Source of the DNA: Saccharofermentans sp.
GTDB taxonomy: Bacteria; Bacillota; Clostridia; Saccharofermentanales; Saccharofermentanaceae
Direction: 5' to 3'
Length of the DNA: 64,000 nt
Assembly (NCBI GenBank): GCA_024403695.1
Contig: JAKSRI010000006.1
Coordinates: 5,488 to 69,487 of the forward strand
The position numbers were made by a program, and so were the translations under genes. The notes under the pieces are model-generated. The model did no database searches, was not told the origin of the DNA, and was given only the letters and a program-made list of their open reading frames with translations. Position 1 is the stretch's first letter, and the number at the start of each line of letters is the position of its first letter. Below are positions 1 to 9,508 of the stretch, piece after piece.

Positions 1-544
1 CAACCTTGGCAACAACGGCCTCAACTTTTGTAACCTTAACAAATACGGACTCTACGATGATACCTGTATATCTCTCGATGTCCTTCTTTACCTTCTCCTG
101 TACCTTGGACATAGAGGAAGGAATTTCTACGTTACTGTAAAGAACAGCATTGATTCTAACCTTAATAGCTCCATTCTTAGCCTGTGCAACATTAGCCTTA
201 GCACTCTTAATACCAGCCTGAGCTGACTTTGCAGAGTTAAGTGCAATACTCTCGAGAGCATCAGCTCCGATATCAACAGAACCAATCTCTGTCTTTCTGA
301 GCTTTGTCTTATAAACTCTTGCAGAAGTAATAATGTTAGAAATTGAATAAACACATAAAATAATGAATACCAAAAGTACTACGAGATAAATATATCTTGT
401 AGCTGGATTAGTAACTATAGAAGAAAGTGGAGAAAGAATATCTGCAAAGATACCATCATCAATCATTGCATAAAGTAACACAATAGATACCAAAGCAATA
501 ATTACTGAATAAATAAACATCAGAACACGCATGAAACGATTCAT
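1..544 (-). CDS. amaP: Alkaline shock response membrane anchor protein AmaP-like (3' end runs off the window)
   Basis: Translated by hand because the ORF track misses it. ATG at 544-542 overlaps the upstream TAA. The protein reads MNRFMRVLMFIYSVII... with two hydrophobic helices, then an Asp23-like domain (...VQEKVKKDIERYTGIIVESVFVKV), and stays open to base 1. It lies next to an Asp23 gene. Confidence 0.8.
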   Translation of the reverse strand, partial: MNRFMRVLMFIYSVIIALVSIVLLYAMIDDGIFADILSPLSSIVTNPATRYIYLVVLLVFIILCVYSISNIITSARVYKTKLRKTEIGSVDIGADALESIALNSAKSAQAGIKSAKANVAQAKNGAIKVRINAVLYSNVEIPSSMSKVQEKVKKDIERYTGIIVESVFVKVTKVEAVVAKV

Positions 545-927
545 TAGGATTCCTCCTCGTTATCAGGCTTACGAACGCCGCACACATATACGTCAACGCT
601 CTCGACATCGAGACCTGTGTACTTTTCAACATCAGCCTTTACTCTTTCCTGTATAGACCAAGCTACCTCTGGAATAATTTTACCATAAATAATGACCGGA
701 TAAATTGTAATGGAAACGATGTCATTCTGTGTCTGTCCGAACACAACTCTTACACCCTTTCCTTCGTGTACAACTCCGGCCTTCTCTTTAAGTGCAACTG
801 CGAAAGAAGGCACAAGCTCATAAACACCGTCGATCTGCATAGCAGCTTCGGCAGCGTACTGAGCCACAAATCCCTGTGTCATGGATCTGTCGCCTTTTAT
901 CGATTCAGTTACTGTATTATCATTCAT
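544..927 (-). CDS. Asp23/Gls24 family envelope stress protein
   Basis: VAQYAAEAAMQIDGV...IIYGKIIPEVAWSIQERVKADVEKYTGLDVESVDVYV signature. The start may be the Met at codon 16. Confidence 0.9.
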   Translation of the reverse strand: MNDNTVTESIKGDRSMTQGFVAQYAAEAAMQIDGVYELVPSFAVALKEKAGVVHEGKGVRVVFGQTQNDIVSITIYPVIIYGKIIPEVAWSIQERVKADVEKYTGLDVESVDVYVCGVRKPDNEEES

Positions 928-969
928 ATTCTAGGTTCGCTCAAAATTTACTTTTGAATAAATAAAGTC

Positions 970-994
970 CCGGCGTCTCTGTTAAAGACGCCGG
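970..994 (-). terminator. Intrinsic terminator after efp
   Basis: CCGGCGTCT-7nt-AGACGCCGG 9-bp stem, with a T-rich tail on the minus strand. Confidence 0.75.
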
Positions 995-1017
995 AACAAG
1001 TGAAAACTAAATTAATA

Positions 1018-1581
1018 TTAGTCCTTAGCTCTCTCTTTGTACTCACCAGTTCTTGTATCGATAACGATTCTCTCGTTCTGGTTGATGAAGAGTGGAACTT
1101 TAACCTGAGCACCTGTCTCAAGTGTAGCATACTTCATTGCGTTGTTTGTTGTATCGCCCTTAACACCTGGCTCACACTCAACGATCTCGAGTGTAACGTT
1201 GATAGGAAGCTCTACTGCGAAAACCTCACCGTTGAAGGAAGAAGTGATGCACTCCATACCATCCTTAAGGAACTTAACATTATCACCGATTACATCAGCT
1301 GTGATTGGATCCTGCTCGAATGTCTCCTGATCCATGAAGTAGTAAAGATCACCATCAGCATAAAGATACTGCATTGTTCTCTTTGTGATGTGAGCCTCTT
1401 CGTACTTATCGTTAGGGTTGAAAGAACGCTCTACTACAGAACCTGTCTTAACGTTCTTGTACTTTGTTCTTACGAAAGCTGCACCCTTACCTGGCTTAAC
1501 ATGCTGGAACTCAACTACCTGATAAACCTGGCCATCCATCTCGAAACACATATTGTTTCTGAAATCACCTGCACTGATCAT
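1018..1581 (-). CDS. efp: Elongation factor P
   Basis: MISAGDFR...HVKPGKGAAFVRTK...PGVKGDT...GEYKERA. Start moved to ATG 1581 because of the AAAGGAG SD; the ORF-track start at 1662 is an over-extension. Confidence 0.98.
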   Translation of the reverse strand: MISAGDFRNNMCFEMDGQVYQVVEFQHVKPGKGAAFVRTKYKNVKTGSVVERSFNPNDKYEEAHITKRTMQYLYADGDLYYFMDQETFEQDPITADVIGDNVKFLKDGMECITSSFNGEVFAVELPINVTLEIVECEPGVKGDTTNNAMKYATLETGAQVKVPLFINQNERIVIDTRTGEYKERAKD

Positions 1582-1628
1582 AAATATCTCCTTTACCAAT
1601 TGCATAGTTTTACAATTTATACCAAATA

Positions 1629-1657
1629 ATTTTACTGAAAGAATCAATATACTGCAA
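1629..1657 (-). promoter_or_regulatory. Probable sigmaA promoter of efp
   Basis: TTGCAG-17nt-TAAAAT on the minus strand. Confidence 0.5.
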
Positions 1658-1761
1658 GTCAAAAAAGCAAAAACTCGTAAAAATAAAACATATTTGTTTG
1701 CTTTTATATATACAGCATATTATTATTTTATAGGCTTTTAGATTTAATTAGGGGTAAGTAA

Positions 1762-3402
1762 ATGACTTTTCACTCAGACATTCTTGAGTTGATGCAGATA
1801 TTCAACAATCCAGATATGGACCTACATAGTAATCCGTCTTTTACAAAATTGACGGATGTATTATGCATTAATAGAGTTTCATATCAGGTTATTGGTGATA
1901 ACCTCCCTGAATCTAACAGAATTCTATTTACAAACAAGGCTACTGAGATAGGTCAGAATTACGATTTTTCAGTTAAAACATATTCAGGTAATACTGTTAT
2001 TATTCGTATTTACAGATATCAGTACGCAGCTCCACTAGGAGAATATGAAGACCTCTTCACTATTTTTGCTAATATTGTACTTAACAAGATTGCTGCAATG
2101 GAAAACAAGAAAGAATCTGATTCTATACTCTATTATGATCAGAGAATGAACTTACATAATACTAATTATCTCTATCGTCAGCTCAGTACTTTTATAAAGA
2201 ATGATAAGATCTCTGAATATGCTATTATGTTCCTTAATGTTAAGGAAACACGTAATCTCAATGCATTGTTTGGTATTGAGACTACTAACATGATTATCAA
2301 AGATTATGCAAATACTACTCTTAGCTTATTAGATCAGAACGAAGGCGAAGATATCTATAGTCTTGGAGGAGATAATTATATTGTTCTCCTTAAGAAGGAG
2401 AATGAAAACGACATTATTAAATACATGTCTAATGCTAATATCCGTCTAGAAACTAATAACGATATCATCGAATATACTCTTTCTGCTCATATTGGTGTAC
2501 TTAGGCTTACAGATGACTTTACATCAATTAATGAGATTATGGATTCTGTATATAGTGCGTATACATTATCCAAGAGCGATGAAAATCCTGACATTTTCTT
2601 CTTCGATAATTCTATTAAGAGAGGCACTCTTGAGGAAGAAGACTTTGCTGATGATATCAAAGATGCTCTCGAGAAAGAGAAATTCCTTGTATATTTCCAA
2701 CCTATCGTTTCCAAGAATAACGATGATATCAACCTCTTCTCTGCTGAAGCGCTCCTTAGATGGCGTCGTCAGGGCGAGATGATTAACCCTCGTGACTTCC
2801 TTAAGATTGCAGATAAGTATAAGTTAATGCGTAAGATCGATCTTTACGTATTAAAAACCGTATGTACTAAGCTTTCCCTCTGGATTAAGGAAGGATTAAA
2901 TCCAGTATGTATTCATTGTAATTTTGCCGATAGCGATCTTCTCACACTTAATCTTGCTGATGAGATTTTGCAGATTATTGATGAGTACGAAATTCACCAT
3001 AGTCTTATTAATATCGAGTTTGCGGAATCAGCATACCATAAGAATAAGAATGCATTCATTTATACAATAAACAAGCTCCATAATGCTGGTGTTAAGGTAA
3101 GTATCGATAACTTCGGACGTAACTTCACTTCGCTGGAACTTTTTGAAGAGTTTGATTTTACAACACTTAAGATTGATTCCAGCATTGTTAACTCAGACAA
3201 TTCCAAAACAAAAATACTTCTTACAAATCTTATCTCCCTTGCTGATAATCTCGGTATCGAAGTAATCTGTCAGGGCGCTGATACTAAGTCTGAGATTAAG
3301 CGTGCTTTTGAAGCCGGATGCGATATTTTCCAGTCAGAAGTATACGATAAAGCTTTATCTGAAAGATATTTCACCAATAGACTTAAGAATCCAAAATATT
3401 AA
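1762..3402 (+). CDS. GGDEF-EAL domain protein with degenerate active-site motifs
   Basis: GGDNY, AEALLRW, IEFAES, IDNFG, LKID and CQGAD motifs in GGDEF-then-EAL order. Confidence 0.9.
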   Translation: MTFHSDILELMQIFNNPDMDLHSNPSFTKLTDVLCINRVSYQVIGDNLPESNRILFTNKATEIGQNYDFSVKTYSGNTVIIRIYRYQYAAPLGEYEDLFTIFANIVLNKIAAMENKKESDSILYYDQRMNLHNTNYLYRQLSTFIKNDKISEYAIMFLNVKETRNLNALFGIETTNMIIKDYANTTLSLLDQNEGEDIYSLGGDNYIVLLKKENENDIIKYMSNANIRLETNNDIIEYTLSAHIGVLRLTDDFTSINEIMDSVYSAYTLSKSDENPDIFFFDNSIKRGTLEEEDFADDIKDALEKEKFLVYFQPIVSKNNDDINLFSAEALLRWRRQGEMINPRDFLKIADKYKLMRKIDLYVLKTVCTKLSLWIKEGLNPVCIHCNFADSDLLTLNLADEILQIIDEYEIHHSLINIEFAESAYHKNKNAFIYTINKLHNAGVKVSIDNFGRNFTSLELFEEFDFTTLKIDSSIVNSDNSKTKILLTNLISLADNLGIEVICQGADTKSEIKRAFEAGCDIFQSEVYDKALSERYFTNRLKNPKY

Positions 3403-3406
3403 TAGT

Positions 3407-3433
3407 AAAGCTCCGATTAATATCGGAGCTTTT
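3407..3433. terminator. Bidirectional terminator between convergent genes
   Basis: AAAGCTCCGAT-TAAT-ATCGGAGCTTT perfect 11-bp stem. Confidence 0.85.
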
Positions 3434-3436
3434 CAA

Positions 3437-4081
3437 TTAGTGAATTACTTTTAAAAATGTTCTTCTATGGATAGGACACATACCCTTTTCTCTTATCGCG
3501 GCATAATGATCCTTTGTACCATATCCTTTATGCTTAGCAAAACCATAGCCAGGAAATTCTTCATCATATTTCTCCATCAAATGATCTCGTGTAACCTTAG
3601 CAAGAACTGATGCTGCAGCAATGGAATTAGACTTGGCATCACCTTTAATAATTGGTTCTACATAAATTCCTGTTCCATCAAGCTTCACTGCATCAACCAG
3701 CAGTGCCTGTGGTTTATAACCCTTTTCTTCAAGCTCCTTAACGCACTGGCGCATGGCCTTCTTAGTTGCTTCCAGGATATTAATCTCATCGATAACACCA
3801 GCATCCATAGTAACTACGCTATATGCAAGTGCGTGTTCCTTTATCTCGACGAAAAGTGCTTCACGCTTCTTCTCAGAGAGCTTTTTACTATCATCAAGAC
3901 CAAGAATCGGATAATTGGGGTCAAGGATGCAAGCAGCTGCTGCAACAGGACCAGCAAGAGGACCTCTACCCGCTTCATCTATACCTGCCACAAGTGTGTA
4001 CCCAGCATCAAAATACTTCTGCTCATACACATTAAGGTTAGCGTACTTTTCCTTAAGTTGTTCTTCAGTCAGCTTTGCCAT
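3437..4081 (-). CDS. rnhB: Ribonuclease HII
   Basis: GIDEAGRGPLAGPV, LDDSKKL, KGDAKS.SIAAASVLAKV, HKGYGT, HRRTF. Probable start MAKLT at 4081 overlaps the rbgA end. Confidence 0.97.
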   Translation of the reverse strand: MAKLTEEQLKEKYANLNVYEQKYFDAGYTLVAGIDEAGRGPLAGPVAAAACILDPNYPILGLDDSKKLSEKKREALFVEIKEHALAYSVVTMDAGVIDEINILEATKKAMRQCVKELEEKGYKPQALLVDAVKLDGTGIYVEPIIKGDAKSNSIAAASVLAKVTRDHLMEKYDEEFPGYGFAKHKGYGTKDHYAAIREKGMCPIHRRTFLKVIH

Positions 4082-4934
4082 AAGGAATCTCCAAACTAAT
4101 TCTGCCGATACGGCCACTTCTCAAATCATCAAGGAAACTTCTGGCAAAACGTTCCTCATCAACACGTCCACCAGACATGAGACATCCACGAAGCTTACCC
4201 ATCTGAAGGAAACGCTCGTAAAGGTCGCCGTTACCAAATGATTCCTTTACTTTATAACGCTCTTCCATAAGTTCAGGATAAAGCTCATAAAGAAGATTAA
4301 TCGCATTATAAGAAACTTCAATATTATCAGTTACTTCCATCTTGATAGCACCAGTAGCAGTAAGCACTAACTGAGAACGCTGAGAAGCAATCTTTGGCCA
4401 CAAAACTCCTGGCATGTCCATTAACTCCAGTCTTCCTGAAGTTCTTATCCATTTCGCCTGGCGTGTGACACCTGGCTTGTCGCCTGTAACTGCCGCTTTC
4501 TTACCAGCGAGAGCATTGATAAGAGTTGACTTACCTGTATTTGGAACACCAACCACCATAGCTCTAACCGGACGTCCCTCACGACCCTTGGCAGCAGCTC
4601 TGTCGAGGATATCCTTCATGAGTTCCATAGTAACTTCTTCGAGCTTATCCAGGCCCTTTTTCTTAGTCGCTTCCATGCATACTGCACGTGAACCTGTAGA
4701 ATTAATACGCTGAATCCACTCGTTTGTCTTATTAGGATCAGCAAGGTCTGCCTTGTTAAGAATAACAACTCTTGGCTTAGTACCAATTAACTTATCTAAC
4801 TCTGGATTACGGCTGGAGAATGGAATTCTCGCGTCACAAGTCTCGTACACAAGGTCAACAAGCTTAAGTGCATCCTTAGTCTCGTTAAGTGTACGACGCA
4901 TATGTCCCGGGAACCAGTTAATATCCTGTGCCAT
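4065..4934 (-). CDS. rbgA: Ribosome biogenesis GTPase RbgA/YlqF
   Basis: INWFPGHM, DARIPFSSRNP, NKAD, GVPNTGKS, DMPG (circularly permuted GTPase). Confidence 0.97.
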   Translation of the reverse strand: MAQDINWFPGHMRRTLNETKDALKLVDLVYETCDARIPFSSRNPELDKLIGTKPRVVILNKADLADPNKTNEWIQRINSTGSRAVCMEATKKKGLDKLEEVTMELMKDILDRAAAKGREGRPVRAMVVGVPNTGKSTLINALAGKKAAVTGDKPGVTRQAKWIRTSGRLELMDMPGVLWPKIASQRSQLVLTATGAIKMEVTDNIEVSYNAINLLYELYPELMEERYKVKESFGNGDLYERFLQMGKLRGCLMSGGRVDEERFARSFLDDLRSGRIGRISLEIPYGKAD

Positions 4935-4965
4935 TGTTTGTCTCCTGTTTTCTTAAAAATATACA

Positions 4966-4989
4966 AAAGTGCCCTAAGCAGAGCACTTT
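4966..4989 (-). terminator. Terminator after the pur cluster
   Basis: Minus strand AAAGTGCTCT-GCTT-AGGGCACTTT-TG. Confidence 0.65.
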
Positions 4990-5010
4990 CGTAATAAATA
5001 CTAGTTTTAA

Positions 5011-6192
5011 TTAATGGTGGAAGAGTCTGATACCTGTGAATGCCATAGCGAGGCCAAGGTCATCACAAGCCTTAATAACGAGGTCATCTCTTACAGATCC
5101 ACCTGGCTGAGCGATGTATCTAGCACCACTTCTGTAACCTCTCTCGATGTTATCAGAGAATGGGAAGAAAGCATCAGAACCAAGAGCTACGTCAGTGAGC
5201 TGATCAAGCCAAGCTCTCTTCTTCTCAGCTGTAAAGACTTCTGGCTTTGTTGTAAAGATGTTCTGCCACTTACCCTCAGCGAGTACGTCCATGTAATCCT
5301 CACCGATGTAGAGGTCGATAGAATTATCTCTGTCAGCTCTCTTAATATCCTCACGGAATGGGAGATTAAGAACTTCTGGAGACTGACGGAGCCACCAGTT
5401 ATCTGCCTTAGAACCAGCAAGACGTGTGCAGTGGATTCTGGACTGCTGACCAGCACCAATACCGATTGCCTGACCATCCTTTACGTAGCATACAGAGTTG
5501 GACTGTGTGTACTTAAGAGTGATAAGAGAAATGATAAGGTCTCTCTTAGCCTGCTCTGGGAAATTCTTGTTAGCTGTTGGAATGTTCTCGAAGAGCTTAT
5601 CGTCGATAACGAGCTCGTTTCTACCCTGCTCGAAAGTAACACCAAATACTTCCTTGTGCTCGAGTGGAGCTGGAACGTAATTAGGGTCAATCTTGATGAT
5701 AGCGTAGTTACCCTTCTTCTTTGTCTTAAGGATCTCAAGTGCCTCTGGCTCATAATCAGGAGCAATAACACCATCAGAAACCTCACGCTGAATCATCTTA
5801 GCTGTGCATACATCAACCTTATCAGAAAGGGATATAAAATCACCAAAGGAAGACATTCTATCTGCACCACGAGCACGAGCGTATGCGCAAGCAAGTGGAG
5901 AAAGCTCACCGAGGTCATCTACCCAGTAAATCTTCTTAAGAACATCTGAAAGAGGCTGTCCTACAGCTGCACCAGCTGGAGAAACGTGCTTAAAAGATGT
6001 TGCTGCTGGGAGACCAGTAGCTGCCTTAAGCTCTTTTACAAGCTGCCAACCATTGAAAGCATCAAGAAGGTTGATGTAACCTGGCTTACCATTAAGAACC
6101 TCGATAGGAAGCTCAGAACCGTCATTCATGTAAACTCTGGATGGCTTCTGGTTAGGATTGCATCCATACTTTAACTGCATTTCGTTAGACAT
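5011..6192 (-). CDS. purH: Monofunctional AICAR formyltransferase (PurH transformylase domain only)
   Basis: LKYGCNPNQ, SFKHVSPAG, KYTQSNSV, GAGQQSRIHC, SDAFFPF, QPGGS, RLFHH. No N-terminal MGS/cyclohydrolase domain. Confidence 0.92.
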   Translation of the reverse strand: MSNEMQLKYGCNPNQKPSRVYMNDGSELPIEVLNGKPGYINLLDAFNGWQLVKELKAATGLPAATSFKHVSPAGAAVGQPLSDVLKKIYWVDDLGELSPLACAYARARGADRMSSFGDFISLSDKVDVCTAKMIQREVSDGVIAPDYEPEALEILKTKKKGNYAIIKIDPNYVPAPLEHKEVFGVTFEQGRNELVIDDKLFENIPTANKNFPEQAKRDLIISLITLKYTQSNSVCYVKDGQAIGIGAGQQSRIHCTRLAGSKADNWWLRQSPEVLNLPFREDIKRADRDNSIDLYIGEDYMDVLAEGKWQNIFTTKPEVFTAEKKRAWLDQLTDVALGSDAFFPFSDNIERGYRSGARYIAQPGGSVRDDLVIKACDDLGLAMAFTGIRLFHH

Positions 6193-6210
6193 GTGAAATA
6201 TCTCCTTTAA

Positions 6211-6927
6211 TTAAACATTCTTGTTAATGATTCTTGTATCAGCCTCACCTGTAGCGATATCAATATAACGTACAAAGAGAGAAACCTTGTTGTCCTCATT
6301 GAGGTTAGACCATACCATATTTGTGAACTCATCAATATTACCAGAAAGAGCTACCTTCTCTGGCTCACCCTCAAATGAAGGAAGTGGATTACCATCACCC
6401 ATATATGTGTGGATAAATCTACCGATACCAGCCTTAGGCACATCGTATGTATATGTATTTCTGATGCAGCACTCTGGATCTCCATCATCAGACTTAAGGA
6501 TAGAAAGTGCGAAATCATACTTACCATCAACAATATTCATAACACCAGAAATTCTAGGAGTATAGTTAGGAGCATCGTGCTCATACTTTCTCTCTCTTAA
6601 AGACTCCTCGAAAGTCTTACCAGCTGCGAGACCATCGCGAACTGTATCTGTCTGATCACCATTAGTTACGATAGTTGTATTACCAAGAACACGAACTGGG
6701 TGATAAATAATAAGCTCAGGAGCAACAAGCAATGTAGAAGGATCAAAAGCCTCTGTCTGAATTCCATCCTCAGTTGTTGTAAATACTCTGTTACGGCTAG
6801 AAGCACTTCTACCCATAATAAAATAAGCTGTTACAGCATACTTTCCGTCATCAGATGTACCGATTACGATACCTCTTCCTGGATAAGCGTTTGTGCTCAA
6901 AAGCTCGCTCAAATCTAAAGTCTTCAT
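6211..6927 (-). CDS. purO: IMP cyclohydrolase, PurO-like Ntn fold
   Basis: YPGRGIVIG, YFIMGRSASSRNR, IVTNGDQTD, EHDAPNYTPRISG; adjacent to a cyclohydrolase-less PurH. Confidence 0.85.
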   Translation of the reverse strand: MKTLDLSELLSTNAYPGRGIVIGTSDDGKYAVTAYFIMGRSASSRNRVFTTTEDGIQTEAFDPSTLLVAPELIIYHPVRVLGNTTIVTNGDQTDTVRDGLAAGKTFEESLRERKYEHDAPNYTPRISGVMNIVDGKYDFALSILKSDDGDPECCIRNTYTYDVPKAGIGRFIHTYMGDGNPLPSFEGEPEKVALSGNIDEFTNMVWSNLNEDNKVSLFVRYIDIATGEADTRIINKNV

Positions 6928-6942
6928 TTTACATATCTCCTT

Positions 6943-7563
6943 TTAATTAAATTCAACTCTGTTATTTACCACTGATATTTTACCATCAGCAATATATCTA
7001 ATAGCTTTAGGCATAATAACCTGCTCACATTCCTTCATGATTCTCTTCTGAAGCACTTCAGGAGTATCATCAGGCAATACTTCAACTGCCTTCTGGAAAA
7101 TAATAGGTCCCTCATCATAATTCTCATTAACAAAATGAACTGTAGCACCAGAAACCTTAACACCCTTAGCAATTACAGCCTCATGTGGGTGGATTCCATA
7201 CATACCGGCACCGCAAAAAGCAGGAATAAGTGCTGGATGAATATTAATGATTCTGTTGGAATAAGCACTTACAACCTTCTTTCCTAACAAAGAAAGGTAT
7301 CCAGCGAGAACGATAAGCTCTGCACCACTATTCTGAACTTCTTCAAGAACCTTAGCATCCCACTCATCTCTAGAAGCAAAATCCTTAACAGAAAGCACCT
7401 TACCAGGAATGTTGTTATCTGCAGCTCTCTGGAGAGCGTATGCATCCTTATTAGATGCAATTACAAGGGAAATCTCTACACCACTAAGATAACCACTCTT
7501 AATGTTATCAATAATAGCCTGTAAATTAGTTCCTCCACCAGATACAAAAACAGCAATCTTCAT
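6943..7563 (-). CDS. purN: Phosphoribosylglycinamide formyltransferase
   Basis: VSGGGTNLQA, LAGY, INIHPALIP, GATVHFV.E.YDEGPII. Confidence 0.97.
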   Translation of the reverse strand: MKIAVFVSGGGTNLQAIIDNIKSGYLSGVEISLVIASNKDAYALQRAADNNIPGKVLSVKDFASRDEWDAKVLEEVQNSGAELIVLAGYLSLLGKKVVSAYSNRIINIHPALIPAFCGAGMYGIHPHEAVIAKGVKVSGATVHFVNENYDEGPIIFQKAVEVLPDDTPEVLQKRIMKECEQVIMPKAIRYIADGKISVVNNRVEFN

Positions 7564-7572
7564 TTATTCACC

Positions 7573-8988
7573 TCATTTATAAGATACAGAGTGTACGTTC
7601 TTAATAGAATCATCTACCTTACCAGCAACATAATTACCATCAAAACATGCACTACAGCAATCACATTTAATTCCATTAAGTGATGCTTTGAGAGATTCCA
7701 AACTGATATACCCAAGAGAATCAGCCTCGATCAACTCCTTAATCTCTTCCAAAGATTTAGACTGACCAGGAAGGTCCTTAGCCTCATCAGCATTTACTCC
7801 ATAGCAGCATGGATACTTAACCATAGGAGAAGCAAGTCTAACATGAACTTCCTTAGCTCCATTTTCCTTAAGGAATTTAATGATATGCTTAGTTGTTGTT
7901 CCTCTTACGAGTGAATCATCAACAATAGCAATTCTCTTACCTTCAATAGCAGGCTTCAGAACAGCAAACTTCATCTTAACTGCAAGTTCACGCTGATCCT
8001 GAGTGGACTTAATAAATGTACGTCCAACATATCTATTCTTAAGAAGGCCTGTGCTAAATGGAACACCAAGAGCATCAGCATAACCAAGAGCTGCTGTATT
8101 ACCAGAATCAGGAGCACCAATTACAATATCACACTCACATGGCTGTTCCTTGGCCAAAGCCTTACCTACGTTATATCTTGACTCAAATACGCTAGTTCCA
8201 TCGATATAGGAATCAGGTCTAGCTACATATACATATTCAAATACGCAGATTTTACCGTTCTTAACCCTATCCTCTGAAGCAACATCAACATTAACATAAA
8301 GAGACTTAACCTCATATTTATCAATAACAACAACCTCACCTGGCTCCAACTCACGAACAAATACTGCATCAAGAGCATCAAAAGCACATGTCTCGGAGGA
8401 TACCATATATGTATTATCCTTCTTACCAAGAGCAAGTGGTCTGATACCATATGGGTCTCTAACGGCAATAAGCTTGTCATCAGTCATAAAAACGAGAGAA
8501 TAAACACCCTGCACTTCCTTAAGTGCGCATGCGATAGCTTCTTCTGTGGAGGAAGCACCAACACGTTTGCGCGAAATAAGTGAGAGCACTGTCTCGGAGT
8601 CTGTGCCAGTCTGGAAGATAGCACCCATCTCCTTAAGGTTTTCTCTGATTTTCTCACCATTTAGAAGTACTGCGTCACAGGACAAAGCAAGGTTACCCAC
8701 GGAAGATCTGATAGCAATTGGCTGAAGTCCTTCCATACCAACTGTTCCGTCACCGCCTCTCGCGTGACCGATAGCACAACTACCCTCGAGAGCATTTAGT
8801 GTAACATCATCAAAAACTTCAGTTACGAGACCATTTTGTTTATGTACCAGAAATGCTCCGCCCTTATTAACTGCAATTCCTGCAGATTCCTGACCTCTAT
8901 GCTGAAGAGAAAAAATACCATAGAATGCTGACTTAACAACATCCTTAGTACTACCATCTCTATTAATTACACCAAATACACCACTCAT
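7573..8988 (-). CDS. purF: Amidophosphoribosyltransferase PurF homolog with degenerate glutaminase site
   Basis: LQHRGQESAG, SETCA, CVFEYVY, PDSG, KNRYVGRTFI, VDDSLVRGTT and Fe-S cysteines are present. The N-terminus is MSG, not MCG. Confidence 0.92.
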   Translation of the reverse strand: MSGVFGVINRDGSTKDVVKSAFYGIFSLQHRGQESAGIAVNKGGAFLVHKQNGLVTEVFDDVTLNALEGSCAIGHARGGDGTVGMEGLQPIAIRSSVGNLALSCDAVLLNGEKIRENLKEMGAIFQTGTDSETVLSLISRKRVGASSTEEAIACALKEVQGVYSLVFMTDDKLIAVRDPYGIRPLALGKKDNTYMVSSETCAFDALDAVFVRELEPGEVVVIDKYEVKSLYVNVDVASEDRVKNGKICVFEYVYVARPDSYIDGTSVFESRYNVGKALAKEQPCECDIVIGAPDSGNTAALGYADALGVPFSTGLLKNRYVGRTFIKSTQDQRELAVKMKFAVLKPAIEGKRIAIVDDSLVRGTTTKHIIKFLKENGAKEVHVRLASPMVKYPCCYGVNADEAKDLPGQSKSLEEIKELIEADSLGYISLESLKASLNGIKCDCCSACFDGNYVAGKVDDSIKNVHSVSYK

Positions 8989-8990
8989 TA

Positions 8991-9494
8991 TTAGGCCTCC
9001 ATAGCCTTAATCTTATCCTGAAGCTTTGCATCTTTTGCAAGAACTTCACTCTTCATTTCCTCTTTATAAGCAGCAAGCTTATCTGCGAGCTCGCTATCAG
9101 CGATAGCAATCATCTGACAAGCAAGAATAGCGGCATTCTTACCACCATCAATGGCAACAGTTGCTACTGGAATACCTGTAGGCATCTGGACTGTAGCATA
9201 AAGAGCATCAACACCATTAAGTGAACCACCCTTACATGGAATTCCGATAACTGGAAGTGTTGTATTAGCAGCGAGAACGCCACCAAGATGAGCTGCAAGA
9301 CCAGCTGCGGCGATAACAACAGAGAATCCCTTCTCACGTGCAGTTCTAGCGAGCTCCTCAGCTCTCTCTGGTGTTCTATGAGCAGATGCTACATGAGCCT
9401 CGAACTCTACACCAAACTTATTAAGTAACTTAAAACATCCCTCAAGAATAGGAAAATCTGAATCAGATCCCATTACTACTAATACTTTACTCAT
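8991..9494 (-). CDS. purE: AIR carboxylase / N5-CAIR mutase PurE
   Basis: MGSDSD, SAHRTP, AGLAAHLGG, QMPTGIPVATV. Start ATG 9494 has an AAAGGAG SD. Confidence 0.97.
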   Translation of the reverse strand: MSKVLVVMGSDSDFPILEGCFKLLNKFGVEFEAHVASAHRTPERAEELARTAREKGFSVVIAAAGLAAHLGGVLAANTTLPVIGIPCKGGSLNGVDALYATVQMPTGIPVATVAIDGGKNAAILACQMIAIADSELADKLAAYKEEMKSEVLAKDAKLQDKIKAMEA

Positions 9495-9508
9495 AATAAA
9501 AGCTCCTT

